DNA of 64,000 nt from an uncultured Collinsella sp. Its GTDB lineage: Bacteria; Actinomycetota; Coriobacteriia; Coriobacteriales; Coriobacteriaceae. The notes below the pieces were generated by a model. It worked only from the letters and a program-made list of their open reading frames with translations, made no database searches and was not told where the DNA came from. The position numbers and the translations under genes are program-made. The stretch spans positions 2,829-66,828 of the forward strand of contig UQIK01000009.1 in NCBI GenBank assembly GCA_900541125.1, given 5' to 3'. Within the stretch, counting starts at the first letter, position 1. The number at the start of each line of letters is the position of its first letter. Of the stretch, positions 1-9,777 are shown one piece after another.

Positions 1-1142
1 TGGGCTTTTTGGCCTTCCTCGATCCGCCCAAAGCAAGTGCCGCGGGCGCCGTCGCCACCCTCGAGGCCAAGGGCGTGGCGGTCAAGGTCCTAACCGGCGA
101 CAACGACCGCGTCGCCGCCACCGTCTGCGAGCAGATTGGTATCGATGCGAGCAACGTCTTGCTCGGCTCCGAGATCGATGCGCTCGATGACGCCGAACTT
201 GCCAAGCGCGCCGAGAAAACCCACCTCTTCGCCAAGCTCTCGCCGCTGCAGAAGGCGCGCCTGGTACGTGTCATGCGCGAGATGCTCGGCCACACCGTGG
301 GCTTTATGGGCGACGGCATCAACGACGCCGCCGCCATGCGTGCGAGCGATTGCGGCATCTCGGTCGATTCGGCCGTCGATATTGCCAAGGAATCCGCCGA
401 TATCATCTTGCTTCAGAAGGACCTGGGCGTGCTCGAGCGCAGCATCATCGAAGGCCGCCGCACTTACGGCAACCTGCTCAAGTACCTCAAGACCACGGTG
501 AGCTCCAACTTTGGCAATGTGCTGTCCGTGACCGTCGCGAGCCTGTTCTTGCCGTTTTTGCCCATGAGCGCCCTGCAGCTGGTACTGCTGTCGCTGGTCT
601 ACGAGATCGTGTGCATCGCACTGCCGTGGGACACCGTCGATGACGCCTGGACTGCCCGCCCGCGTGCCTGGGACGCCGCGTCCATCAAGGGCTTTATGCT
701 CGAGCTGGGCCCCGTGAGCTCGCTGTTTGACATCGTGACCTTCGCCGCGCTCTTCTTTGTCGTGTGCCCCGCCGCCGTGGACGCAAGCTGGTCCGAGCTT
801 GCCGCCGCGGGCGACGTCGCGGGTATGGCGACCTTTGCTGCGCTCTTCCAGAGCGGCTGGTTTGTCGAGTCCATGTGGTCGCAGACACTCGTGGTCCACA
901 TGTTGCGCTCCCCGAATCTGCCGAGCCCGCGCGACCACGCCGCGCCCGCATTGTGCGTTCTTACCGTGCTGGGCCTGGCGCTCGTCACCTGGCTGCCGGC
1001 AAGCCCCATCGCCGATGCGCTCGGCCTCATGCCGCTGCCCACGAGCTTTTTTGGGCTGCTCATTGGCATCGTTACCGCCTATATCGCGCTCACCCAGCTG
1101 GCAAAGTGCCGCTACATTGCCCGCCACGGCGAGCTGCTGTAG
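1..1142 (+). CDS. mgtA: Mg2+-importing P-type ATPase MgtA, C-terminal part (5' end lies outside the window)
   Basis: The frame is open from the window edge. It carries P-type hinge motifs VLTGDN and MGDGINDAAAMRASD. The following SNFGNVLSV...LPFLPM transmembrane region is collinear with E. coli MgtA as I remember it. Confidence 0.85.
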   Translation, partial: GFLAFLDPPKASAAGAVATLEAKGVAVKVLTGDNDRVAATVCEQIGIDASNVLLGSEIDALDDAELAKRAEKTHLFAKLSPLQKARLVRVMREMLGHTVGFMGDGINDAAAMRASDCGISVDSAVDIAKESADIILLQKDLGVLERSIIEGRRTYGNLLKYLKTTVSSNFGNVLSVTVASLFLPFLPMSALQLVLLSLVYEIVCIALPWDTVDDAWTARPRAWDAASIKGFMLELGPVSSLFDIVTFAALFFVVCPAAVDASWSELAAAGDVAGMATFAALFQSGWFVESMWSQTLVVHMLRSPNLPSPRDHAAPALCVLTVLGLALVTWLPASPIADALGLMPLPTSFFGLLIGIVTAYIALTQLAKCRYIARHGELL

Positions 1143-1246
1143 CAAGTAGACGGAAAACACCCTGCCAGCTGCCGTTGCCACTACCACAGCTGCCAACGCC
1201 GCTGCCGTTGCCTCTGCCGCCGCCGCAGTCTATCCCCCCAGCAGTT

Positions 1247-1305
1247 GCGGTGAAATAGTTCCTGTTTAAAGCCCCGTGACTTTAATTTAGGGACTATTCC
1301 ACCGC
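1247..1305. terminator. Imperfect long hairpin between convergent mgtA and the LuxR gene (possible bidirectional terminator)
   Basis: GCGGTGAAATAGTTCC ... GGACTATTCCACCGC arms enclose an inner TTAAAG/CTTTAA stem. There is no clear U-run, hence the low confidence. Confidence 0.3.
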
Positions 1306-1323
1306 AACTTATTGGGAGGTTAG

Positions 1324-2868
1324 CTAGTCCTTGGGTGTCCAGGACCAGAAGAAGTTGATAAGGGCCACACGCGAGGCGGTACCGGCCTTTTTGTTGATCG
1401 AGGAAATGTGGCGATAGAGCGTGGAGCGCGAAAGAAAGAGCGTTGTGGCGATGTCCTGAACGCTCTGGTCCGAAACGACCAAGACCTCAAGAATATCGCG
1501 CTCGCGCTCTGTAAGCCCAAAGGTGGCGACGAAGGCATCAAGGCGTTCATCGGACGTGAGCTCCGCTGCCTCCACGGGCTCGGGGTCGGAGCATGTGAGC
1601 GCAAGATCCCCACCAAGATCGTCGGTGGCAAGCGGCAGTCCGTCCCGCATCGCGGCATCATCGGCCCGTTGCCCCAACTGCCCCAGCAGCGTAATCGCAA
1701 TGCCCACAAACATCACGAGCGCCGCACCGACCGCAGCCAGCACATTTTGACTCGAGATAATCGCCACTGCCGGCGCCGTCACGAACATCGAGCACACGTT
1801 GTTGACGACGCGACCCATGCACGGCCAAAAATATGACCAGCGCGCATAGAGCGAGACGGCGGCATATTTTGTGGTAAAGAACACCACGAAAAAGCCCAAG
1901 CCCAGATAAAAGATGATCGTGGCAGCAAGCTCGTTGCCGCCATTGCCATCGACGATGAGCACAAAGAACGAAAGCGTGGACAGTATGGCGGCACATGTCA
2001 TGCCGATATTCATATACGAGCGGCCGTGCAGGTCAAATAGTGCGCCAGCGACCAACGAGCTCACGACAAGCAGCAGGCGCGGCCAATCGCCCAAATCGAC
2101 GGCTCCGACAGCATGCAGGGTCGTGAAGCCCGCGTTGAGAGCGGCGAATACGCCGGAAAGATACGCCGTCGCCACGGTCAGGCGAACTACGGCGCGACGG
2201 AATGCCGCCTTTGCCTCGGGATCGTCATGCCACTTGGCGCCATATTCCAGAGCATCTACCGAAAGCCCGGCAGCACTGGGTTCAAAGTTGGGATTGGACT
2301 CGTCGCGCAGCTTGGCGCGTCGGGCACCGTGGAGCAACGCCACCTGCGCGATCGCGCAGACGACCAGAACAGCCTGCTGAGGAATGCCGGCAGGCATCAC
2401 CATGTGGTTGAGCACCTGCACCAGAACGCCCATGGCGTAGGAAAGTGCAGCCGCACGCGCCAAGCAGGGCGTCCGTGCAAAGCGCCGCGCAAAGTTTGCA
2501 TGGGCAGTCGATCCGCAGTAGCCCAGCGCGCAGCACGCCACCAAACCGCCGGCAATTACCACCTCAACCTGAACCGCCATAATCAACAGCAGCAATGCCG
2601 CCACCAGCAAAACGCCCGTGACGTCACTCGTTGCGTCGATAGCATGGGGACGGCGATAGTACAGAATGGGACGCACAAAGAAGCCAATCACGCTCGCGCC
2701 GATGACAAGGCTCTCATAAATAACGACCTCGTTCGGAGACACGAACTCGGCCATGCGCACATCAAAAAGATACTCGCACGCCAAAAACGTGAAGAAGAAC
2801 AGCGCCAGGCATATAATCTCCCGAATGCCCCGACGCAAATATGCGGTTGTGTCTCTCATGCCCCTCAT
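1324..2868 (-). CDS. Membrane-anchored LuxR-family transcriptional regulator (multi-TM N-terminal domain plus C-terminal HTH)
   Basis: The C-terminus ERERDILEVLVVSDQSVQDIATTLFLSRSTLYRHISSINKKAG is a LuxR/GerE HTH. About 10 hydrophobic helices precede it. The ORF-track start at 2889 is TTG, so I prefer the ATG at 2868 (or 2859). Confidence 0.8.
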   Translation of the reverse strand: MRGMRDTTAYLRRGIREIICLALFFFTFLACEYLFDVRMAEFVSPNEVVIYESLVIGASVIGFFVRPILYYRRPHAIDATSDVTGVLLVAALLLLIMAVQVEVVIAGGLVACCALGYCGSTAHANFARRFARTPCLARAAALSYAMGVLVQVLNHMVMPAGIPQQAVLVVCAIAQVALLHGARRAKLRDESNPNFEPSAAGLSVDALEYGAKWHDDPEAKAAFRRAVVRLTVATAYLSGVFAALNAGFTTLHAVGAVDLGDWPRLLLVVSSLVAGALFDLHGRSYMNIGMTCAAILSTLSFFVLIVDGNGGNELAATIIFYLGLGFFVVFFTTKYAAVSLYARWSYFWPCMGRVVNNVCSMFVTAPAVAIISSQNVLAAVGAALVMFVGIAITLLGQLGQRADDAAMRDGLPLATDDLGGDLALTCSDPEPVEAAELTSDERLDAFVATFGLTERERDILEVLVVSDQSVQDIATTLFLSRSTLYRHISSINKKAGTASRVALINFFWSWTPKD

Positions 2869-3057
2869 GGTTAACCCCCAGCCGCTCAATTGTCTGGAAA
2901 ACTATTTTAATAAAGAACCAGTCTCAATATCGAAGCCGAGCTCGAAATGCTGCAAATTTGACCCCAGCCGTTCACGTCACACCGCGGTTTTGAGCCGCAT
3001 GGACCAGAAGGGACGCGCGCGACCTCTAGCTCGGCCAGGAGTGTCTCCAACTACCAC

Positions 3058-3130
3058 TCATTTAAGTACGTCCCCAATGAGTGGCCGAAGAGTGCCCCCG
3101 CGACTAGTCGTTTAAGTACGTCCCCAATGA
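3058..3130. repeat. Two direct copies of a 23-bp palindromic motif T C (A/G) TTTAAGTACGTCCCCAATGA (family D)
   Basis: Copies lie at 3058-3080 and 3108-3130, in the divergent promoter region between the LuxR gene and the 3255 operon. Two copies recur in reverse orientation at 32704-32759, and a degenerate copy lies at 24311-24332. Confidence 0.7.
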
Positions 3131-3254
3131 CTAGTCAAAAATGGGCCATGTGTCCCAGTTGTGGAGACTCCTTGAGCCGTCTGGGTATCGCGAAGGATCG
3201 CGCACTCCCCCATCATCAAAAGTGACACACGCTACCAGTTGATGGGAGGCAGCC

Positions 3255-3992
3255 ATGGGCTTCTTTGACAAGATGTTCGAGAAGAAAGAGTGCGCGATTT
3301 GCGGTACCGAGCTGGGACTTCTAGGTAAGACAAAAATCAATGAAGGCTACCTGTGCAAAGAGTGCGCCGGCAAGCTCTCCCCCTACTTTCACGGCTATCG
3401 CTCCAGCACCGCAGACGATATCCGTGAGCAACTCGCCTACCGCGAGGCCAACGCCGAGCGCCTGTCTTCGTTCAACCCCACGCGCACGCTTGCTGCCGGG
3501 CGCACCAATATTATGCTCGATGAGGACGCGGGCCTGCTGATCATCACTTCGCAGAGCCGCTGGCGCGACGCCAATCCCGACATCATCGAGTTCTCGCAGG
3601 TACTCGGCTGCGATATGGATATCGACGAGCATCGCACCGAGATCTATCGCGAGACCAAGGACGGCGAGCGCGAGAGCTACAACCCGCCGCGCTACGACCT
3701 GGATTACGACTTTAATCTGACCATCCACGTCAACACGCCGTACTTTACCGAGATCAACCTGCGCGTGAACGACTCCACCATCGATCAGCGCGGCTCCATC
3801 GAATACCGCGAGGCCAAGCGCCAGGCAACCGAGGTCCGCGACGCACTGGTGCAGCTGCGCCAGGAGACGCGTGACAGCGTCGTGGCCGCCAAGGCCCCCA
3901 AGACCGCGGTGACCTGCCCCTTCTGCGGTGCAACCACCATTCCCGATGCCAGTGGGCGCTGCGAATACTGCGGCGGCGCCATCGGCGCATAG
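3255..3992 (+). CDS. DUF4428-like zinc-ribbon protein
   Basis: An N-terminal CAICG...CKEC ribbon and a C-terminal CPFCG...CEYCG ribbon. A GGGAGG Shine-Dalgarno sits 5 nt upstream of the ATG. It is the first gene of a four-gene same-strand cluster. Confidence 0.6.
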   Translation: MGFFDKMFEKKECAICGTELGLLGKTKINEGYLCKECAGKLSPYFHGYRSSTADDIREQLAYREANAERLSSFNPTRTLAAGRTNIMLDEDAGLLIITSQSRWRDANPDIIEFSQVLGCDMDIDEHRTEIYRETKDGERESYNPPRYDLDYDFNLTIHVNTPYFTEINLRVNDSTIDQRGSIEYREAKRQATEVRDALVQLRQETRDSVVAAKAPKTAVTCPFCGATTIPDASGRCEYCGGAIGA

Positions 3993-4016
3993 CCTCCGGC
4001 AGCGAAAGGACCGATC

Positions 4017-5339
4017 ATGGCCTTCGAGAGCGTTAACTATCAGTGCCCCGCGTGTGGCGGCCCCCTTCACTTTGCCAGTGCCGAGCAAAAGCTCGTCTGC
4101 GACTACTGCGATTCTCGTTTTGAAGTCGAAGAAGTCGAGGCCCTCTATCGCGAGCGCCAGGACAAGGCAGATGCCAAAGCCGATGCAGCAGCCGCAACGC
4201 CCAAGCCCGTCGCCGACGACGCGGTGCAGGAACTCGCCCAAAACGCCGGCTACATCTGCTCGTCGTGCGGCGCCGAGCTCGTGTCCGACGGCACCGTCGC
4301 CGTCACCACCTGCCCGTACTGCGGCAACTCCGCCGTGGCGCCCGGCCAGCTCTCTGGCGACTTCTCGCCCGACCTGGTGATTCCGTTTAAGCTCGGGCGC
4401 GATGACGTCACGGCCGCACTCAAGGAACACTACAAGGGCAAGATCTTGCTGCCCAAGAGCTTTGTCACCGGCAACCACATCGACGAGGTCCAAGGTGTCT
4501 ACGTGCCGTTTTGGCTCTACGGCGCCCGCGTTGACGGCGAAGTGTACTTTGACGCGACCAACGAGACCGTGACCGAGGAATCCGACCGCACCGTCACGAC
4601 CACCGACCACTACGATGCCTATCGCAAGGGCAATATCTCGTTTAAGCGCGTGCCCGTCGACGGATCATCCAAGATGCCCGACGGCCACATGGACGCCATC
4701 GAGCCGTTTGACTACGACGCACTGCGTCCGTTCTCGGTCGCATATATGCCCGGCTACATCGCCAACCGTTACGACGAGGACTGCGAGACCTGCAAGGCGC
4801 GCGCCGAGCGCCGTATGGAAGAAAGCACAATCTCGGCCCTGCGCGAGACCGTCGTCGACGAATACGACGATGCCACGGTCGAAAGCAAGCAGCTCGACTA
4901 CACCTGGGAAGACAGCGACTACGCCCTGTTCCCCGTCTGGATGCTCTCCACCTCGTGGAACGGCAAGAGCTACCTGTTTGCCATGAACGGCCAGACCGGC
5001 CGCTTGGTCGGCGAGCTCCCCTGCTCCAAGCCCAAGCTCGTCATCGCCTCGGTGCTGTTCTTTATGATCGGATTTATCCTCTCCCAGATTCTCTTTATGG
5101 GGGAATACGCCTTCGATCCGGATTACCTCACCTTTGATATCGAGGGCATCCTCATCAATATCATCGCGCCGCTGATCATCGTGATTATCGGAGACGTGCT
5201 ACTGGTAGGCCAGCTCAAGACGGCCAACGAAGCAACCTGTGCCGATGAGTATTGTGGCGAGCTCGACCTGACCGAGAAACACGACACCTTCAGCCACACC
5301 GAGACCACCGTTGTCATGAAAGACGACAAGGACGACTAA
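4017..5339 (+). CDS. YdjG-like double zinc-ribbon membrane protein (two C-terminal TM helices)
   Basis: CPACGG...CDYC and CSSCG...CPYCGN ribbons. The C-terminal hydrophobic helices are LVIASVLFFMIGFILSQILFMG and GILINIIAPLIIVIIGDVLLVG. It lies directly upstream of the SPFH gene, as ydjG does in B. subtilis (from memory). Confidence 0.55.
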   Translation: MAFESVNYQCPACGGPLHFASAEQKLVCDYCDSRFEVEEVEALYRERQDKADAKADAAAATPKPVADDAVQELAQNAGYICSSCGAELVSDGTVAVTTCPYCGNSAVAPGQLSGDFSPDLVIPFKLGRDDVTAALKEHYKGKILLPKSFVTGNHIDEVQGVYVPFWLYGARVDGEVYFDATNETVTEESDRTVTTTDHYDAYRKGNISFKRVPVDGSSKMPDGHMDAIEPFDYDALRPFSVAYMPGYIANRYDEDCETCKARAERRMEESTISALRETVVDEYDDATVESKQLDYTWEDSDYALFPVWMLSTSWNGKSYLFAMNGQTGRLVGELPCSKPKLVIASVLFFMIGFILSQILFMGEYAFDPDYLTFDIEGILINIIAPLIIVIIGDVLLVGQLKTANEATCADEYCGELDLTEKHDTFSHTETTVVMKDDKDD

Positions 5340-5387
5340 GCAATCCAACCAATACCACCCGGCCTTTGACGAGAAAGGAAGATCACC

Positions 5388-6629
5388 ATGGGACTCTTGA
5401 AAGCTGGATTGGGAGCTGCCGGCGGCGTCATGGCCGACCAGTGGAAGGAATTTATCTACTGCGAATCGATGCCTGCTGACGTCTTGGCCTGCAAGGGCAG
5501 CAAACGTACCGGTGGCCGCAGCTCCAACACGCGCGGCGAGGACAACGTCATCTCCAACGGCTCGGTCATCGCCGTCAACGACGGACAAGGCATGCTCGTG
5601 GTGCAAAACGGCAAGATCATCGAAGTCGCGCTGGAGCCCGGTGAGTTCGTCTTCGACACCGGCAGCGAGCCGAGCGTCTTTAGCGGCAACCTGGGCGATT
5701 CCATCAAGGAGACCTTCGCCAATATCGGCAGCCGTTTTACCTTTGGCGGCGATGCAGGCAAGGACCAGCGCGTCTACTTCATCAACACCAAGGAGATCAT
5801 CGGCAACAAGTACGGCACCGCCTCGCCCGTGCCCTTCCGCGTGGTCGATAACAACATTGGCCTGGACGTCGACATCTCCGTGCGCTGCAACGGCGAGTAT
5901 TCGTACCGCATCACCAACCCGCTGCTGTTCTACACCAACGTATGCGGCAACGTGACCGATAGCTACACGCGCGACAAGATCGACAGCCAGCTTAAGTCCG
6001 AGCTGCTCACCGCCCTGCAGCCCGCCTTTGCCAAGATCTCGGAGATGGGCATCCGCTACAGCGCCATCCCCGGCCACACCACCGAGCTCGCCCGCGCGCT
6101 CAACGAGGTCCTCTCTGCCGACTGGCGTGACCTGCGCGGCGTCGAGATCGTGAGCTTTGGCGTCAACTCCATCGCCGCCTCGCAAGAGGACGAGCAGATG
6201 ATCAAGGACCTGCAGAAAGCCGCGGTCATGCGCGATCCCACCATGGCGGCAGCCAACATCGCCAGCGCCCAGAGCGACGCAATGCGCGCGGCAGCCGCCA
6301 ACCCCAACGGCGCGATGGCAGGCTTTATGGGCATGGGCATGGCAGGTGGCATGGGCGGCATGAACGCCAGCCAGCTGTTCGCCGCCGGCCAGGCACAGCA
6401 GCAGGCCGCTCCGCAGCCGGCTCCGGCTCACGCCCCCGCACCGGCTCCCACCGCCGCACCTGCGGCCGGCGCATGGACCTGCAGCTGCGGCGCCACCAAC
6501 ACCGGCAAGTTCTGCTCCGAGTGCGGTAGTCCCGCACCCGCCTCGGCACCGGCCAAGTGGTTCTGCCCCAACTGCGGCAGCGAAAACGGCGGCAAGTTCT
6601 GCAGCAACTGCGGAACGCCCCGGCCCTAG
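5388..6629 (+). CDS. SPFH/band-7-like protein of the COG4260 (YdjI, 'virion core protein-like') type with a C-terminal double zinc ribbon
   Basis: The N-terminus MGLLKAGLGAAGGVMADQWKEFIYC... is typical of YdjI-like proteins. The middle is Ala/Gly/Pro/Gln-rich. It ends CSCGATNTGKFCSECG and CPNCGSENGGKFCSNCG. Confidence 0.7.
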   Translation: MGLLKAGLGAAGGVMADQWKEFIYCESMPADVLACKGSKRTGGRSSNTRGEDNVISNGSVIAVNDGQGMLVVQNGKIIEVALEPGEFVFDTGSEPSVFSGNLGDSIKETFANIGSRFTFGGDAGKDQRVYFINTKEIIGNKYGTASPVPFRVVDNNIGLDVDISVRCNGEYSYRITNPLLFYTNVCGNVTDSYTRDKIDSQLKSELLTALQPAFAKISEMGIRYSAIPGHTTELARALNEVLSADWRDLRGVEIVSFGVNSIAASQEDEQMIKDLQKAAVMRDPTMAAANIASAQSDAMRAAAANPNGAMAGFMGMGMAGGMGGMNASQLFAAGQAQQQAAPQPAPAHAPAPAPTAAPAAGAWTCSCGATNTGKFCSECGSPAPASAPAKWFCPNCGSENGGKFCSNCGTPRP

Positions 6630-6709
6630 CCCCTCTATCTGGTAATTGGCGGGGGATCCGCCACCCCCGCATTTGCTTCTATGGGTTTCGTTCGATAAAG
6701 GAGGACACC

Positions 6710-7552
6710 ATGAAGACAACGTTCAAAAAATCCGTACTCGCATTCCTGACATGCGTCCTGGCGCTCGCCTTTGCCCTGACGGGCTGCAGCGGCGGCGGCA
6801 AAGACCCCAAGGCCAACTTCGTCGGCAGCTGGGAACTCTCGGGTGGAACCTTGGACGGCGAAGAGCTCACCGATGAGTACATGGATATGCTCAAGGAGTG
6901 GGGCCTCAACTGTATCCTGATCCTCGACGAAGACGGCACGGGCGTCCTCGACATGTTCCTTGAGGTCGCCGACCTGAAATGGGAGGCCAAGGACGCCACC
7001 ACCGTAACGATTACCGCCGAAGATGAGTCGCACGACCTGAAGCTCAAGGACGACAAGCTCGTCCTCGAGGTGGAAGGCGACAAGCTTATCTTTACGAAGT
7101 CCGACAAGGATCTGTCCGGTACGGTGAAGAAGGATCGCGAGAACGCCGAGAAGGAAGAGGAAATCGATGAGGCCGTCGAAGACGACGATGTCCAGAGTGC
7201 CGAAATCTCCCCCGCCGTCACCGTCGCCGATGACGACCTGTGCACCATCACCATCACCGAGAAGTTCAAGGACGACTGGGGCGACATCGGCTTTGTCGTC
7301 AACATCACCAACAAGAGCGACAAGGACCTGACCTTCTACGCCCCCACCGGCAAGACCAACGTCAACGGCACCATGAAGGAAGCCTGGTTCTCGGCTCACC
7401 TGATGCCCGGCACCAACGCCACCGAAGAGTTCACCTTCTCGAACGGCACACTCGATAGCCTTGACGACCTCGTCAACACGACCATCGGCATCGATGCCTA
7501 CCTGACCGATTCCTACGAGGACGTCGCCTCCTACAGCGCAACCATCGCGTAA
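6710..7552 (+). CDS. Secreted lipoprotein, acidic, function unknown
   Basis: MKTTFKKSVLAFLTCVLALAFALTGCSGG contains the lipobox LTGC. AAGGAGGA lies upstream of the ATG at 6710. The longer track ORF from 6557 overlaps the upstream gene and was rejected. Confidence 0.8.
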   Translation: MKTTFKKSVLAFLTCVLALAFALTGCSGGGKDPKANFVGSWELSGGTLDGEELTDEYMDMLKEWGLNCILILDEDGTGVLDMFLEVADLKWEAKDATTVTITAEDESHDLKLKDDKLVLEVEGDKLIFTKSDKDLSGTVKKDRENAEKEEEIDEAVEDDDVQSAEISPAVTVADDDLCTITITEKFKDDWGDIGFVVNITNKSDKDLTFYAPTGKTNVNGTMKEAWFSAHLMPGTNATEEFTFSNGTLDSLDDLVNTTIGIDAYLTDSYEDVASYSATIA

Positions 7553-7600
7553 CGGCAGACACCGACCGCCGCGGATTGGCGGACACATCCGCGCACACCA

Positions 7601-7641
7601 GGCGGGGCCGCAGAAGTTGATCCTGCGGCCCCGCCGCTTTA
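7601..7641 (+). terminator. Rho-independent terminator after the lipoprotein gene
   Basis: A 13-bp GC-rich stem GGCGGGGCCGCAG/CTGCGGCCCCGCC with a 9-nt loop, followed by GCTTTAT. Confidence 0.6.
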
Positions 7642-7660
7642 TGCCGATGCGTAACGAGCG

Positions 7661-8281
7661 CTAGCGCTCCATGTTGGGAACGATGCTGCCCTCCGTTACT
7701 GCGCGCACGGCCAAGCGCATGATGTTGTCGTAGCCGGTCTTGTTGAGAATCTCCGAGATGCGGCGTTTGATGGTGCCCTCGCTCATAAACAGCTCGGCCG
7801 CGATCTCGCGGCGGCTTTTACCCTCGCAGGCAAGGCGCAAGATCGACAGCTCGACATCGTCGAGGGCCGCCGTGCCCGAGAAGATGCTCTCGGGCGGCTT
7901 GGGAAACGTGCAATAGCCCGCCAGCGTGGAGCGCATCACGGCGAATAGCTCGTCGATACCGACGTTCTTGTACACAAAGCTGTCGACGCCCGCCTCGCGC
8001 GCCTGGTCCACAAAGGTGATTTCGGGCATACCCGTCATGATAATGACGCGGCACTCGGGCAGTTGTTCTTTGATGCGCGCCGCCGCCACGATGCCGTTGG
8101 AATCATGCTCGGTACATACGTCCATCAGTATCATGTCCGGGCGCTCCTTGAGCGCGACACCCAAGGCCTCGGAGGCATCGGCAATGGCGGAAACAACGGT
8201 CATATCGGGCTGGTCGCCAACGGAGCGCGCCAGGCTCTCGCGCAGGATGGCCTGGTCTTCGACTATAAGGACGCGGATCAT
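7661..8281 (-). CDS. NarL/LuxR-family response regulator
   Basis: A receiver domain (IRVLIVEDQ...ILMDV) plus the LuxR HTH LSILRLACEGKSRREIAAELFMSEGTIKRRISEIL. Its ATG overlaps the kinase stop (ATGA at 8278-8281). Confidence 0.9.
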   Translation of the reverse strand: MIRVLIVEDQAILRESLARSVGDQPDMTVVSAIADASEALGVALKERPDMILMDVCTEHDSNGIVAAARIKEQLPECRVIIMTGMPEITFVDQAREAGVDSFVYKNVGIDELFAVMRSTLAGYCTFPKPPESIFSGTAALDDVELSILRLACEGKSRREIAAELFMSEGTIKRRISEILNKTGYDNIMRLAVRAVTEGSIVPNMER

Positions 8282-9777
8282 GAACTTCTCCTTTGGACCG
8301 TGGCGTTGGAGGCGAGCGGGATGGACACCGTAAGCGTGAAGGGCGGGGCGGTGTGGACTTCCAGGCTGCCGCCCGGATTCTGTGCGACATGCCTCATACC
8401 AGGGATACCCGTTCCCTCGCGATACGATACGGGTGCAGGCGCGCCGTCGTTAGAAACGGTCATCCGCGCAACAGCGCCGTCTTCCGACGTCTCCTGCCAC
8501 AGACGCACGTGGACCCGATGCGCCTGCGCATGCTTGGTGGCATTGGTCGAGGCCTCGCGGATAATCTGCAGAAAGGCTGCGGCGATGCGCGCGTCGCTTG
8601 GCAGCTCGCCCTCCACATCGATCTGCACGCTCACCAGGCCAAAGGCATGGACGATATCGCCCAGTTGCTCTGCCGGTTCGGTGTCGCCCCCGCTGCGCAG
8701 ATCGGCAGCGATTGAGCGCAGCAGCGGGTCGATCTGCTCGAGTGACTCGTCATCCAGGCGCCCCTCCTCCAGATAACGATGGAGGATGGACAGGCGCTGC
8801 CCGATCACGTCGTGCACGCGAGCGCGCATACGCAGATAGGCCGCATTGTCAGCAACTTTTTTGACTTCTTCGATCTGGGCTTGGAGCTCTTGGCCCGCAA
8901 GCTCAAGTAGGTGGTTTGCTTGCGCCAAGCGGTCGTAGGCGTGTGCGTATTCCGTCACGTCCAGTCCGATAATGCGCTCAAAGAGGCGGCCCGAAACCAT
9001 AACCTCGTCGTGCACAAATAGGCGAATCTCGGCGGGAGAAATCTCGATCACCGCGCGAGCATCACCAAAACGATCCAAGTTAATCCGCACACGGTTCCTA
9101 CTGCCTTCGGGCATTTGCATGCTGAGTTTGCGCAGGTCGTTCCATGTGCCGCTCATGTCACCTAGATCGGTGGGCATATGAAGTTCCACCAGGTTTTTGC
9201 GCATGCAGCGGTTCATGAGCAGCGGACGGCCCCTCGGGTCCAGATACAGGATGCCCACGGGAATCACGTTGATGGTCTCGATCGTCGAGAACGCGGTGAT
9301 ATCCTCCTGGCGGTTACGGACGTCCATCAAGAGCGCCGCGATGGACCGGAACAGAAAGAACGCTCCCTCTGCGATAAGGACAACGGTCCACGCCGAGCCC
9401 ATGGCAAAAACCACCGGCGGTGTAACGGCGACAACAAGCAGCAGCTCGACCAGCATGACGGGGCGATGATAGCGCACCATAAGCACCACGCCATAGGCAA
9501 AGATCGCGGCATTGAGCCACAGCACTCCGCCCATTGCCCTGGCGCAAACGTCAAGCGGCGCCACCAGATACGAGCCAGACGACGCGAACAGGATAAGCGC
9601 CGAAACCACCAGGTGAAGCACGAGGCTCGCCTCGTAGGCGCAAATCACCTTACGGTTATAGGACGAGCGGCGCGATGAAATGAGCGGGACGTGGATCGTC
9701 TGCAGACACGCAGCCAGGGCAAAGACAACATCGAGCGCAACGATTTGGGGAAGGATGAGCGAAATCTGCATCGTCAC
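8278..9777 (-). CDS. Sensor histidine kinase (HisKA_3 type) with a multi-TM N-terminus
   Basis: H-box RVHDVIGQRLSILHRYL, N-box EASTNATKHAQA and G-boxes DDGAP...GTGIPGMRHV. The start is GTG 9777 or ATG 9771; either abuts or overlaps the upstream gene's stop. Confidence 0.85.
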   Translation of the reverse strand: MTMQISLILPQIVALDVVFALAACLQTIHVPLISSRRSSYNRKVICAYEASLVLHLVVSALILFASSGSYLVAPLDVCARAMGGVLWLNAAIFAYGVVLMVRYHRPVMLVELLLVVAVTPPVVFAMGSAWTVVLIAEGAFFLFRSIAALLMDVRNRQEDITAFSTIETINVIPVGILYLDPRGRPLLMNRCMRKNLVELHMPTDLGDMSGTWNDLRKLSMQMPEGSRNRVRINLDRFGDARAVIEISPAEIRLFVHDEVMVSGRLFERIIGLDVTEYAHAYDRLAQANHLLELAGQELQAQIEEVKKVADNAAYLRMRARVHDVIGQRLSILHRYLEEGRLDDESLEQIDPLLRSIAADLRSGGDTEPAEQLGDIVHAFGLVSVQIDVEGELPSDARIAAAFLQIIREASTNATKHAQAHRVHVRLWQETSEDGAVARMTVSNDGAPAPVSYREGTGIPGMRHVAQNPGGSLEVHTAPPFTLTVSIPLASNATVQRRSS

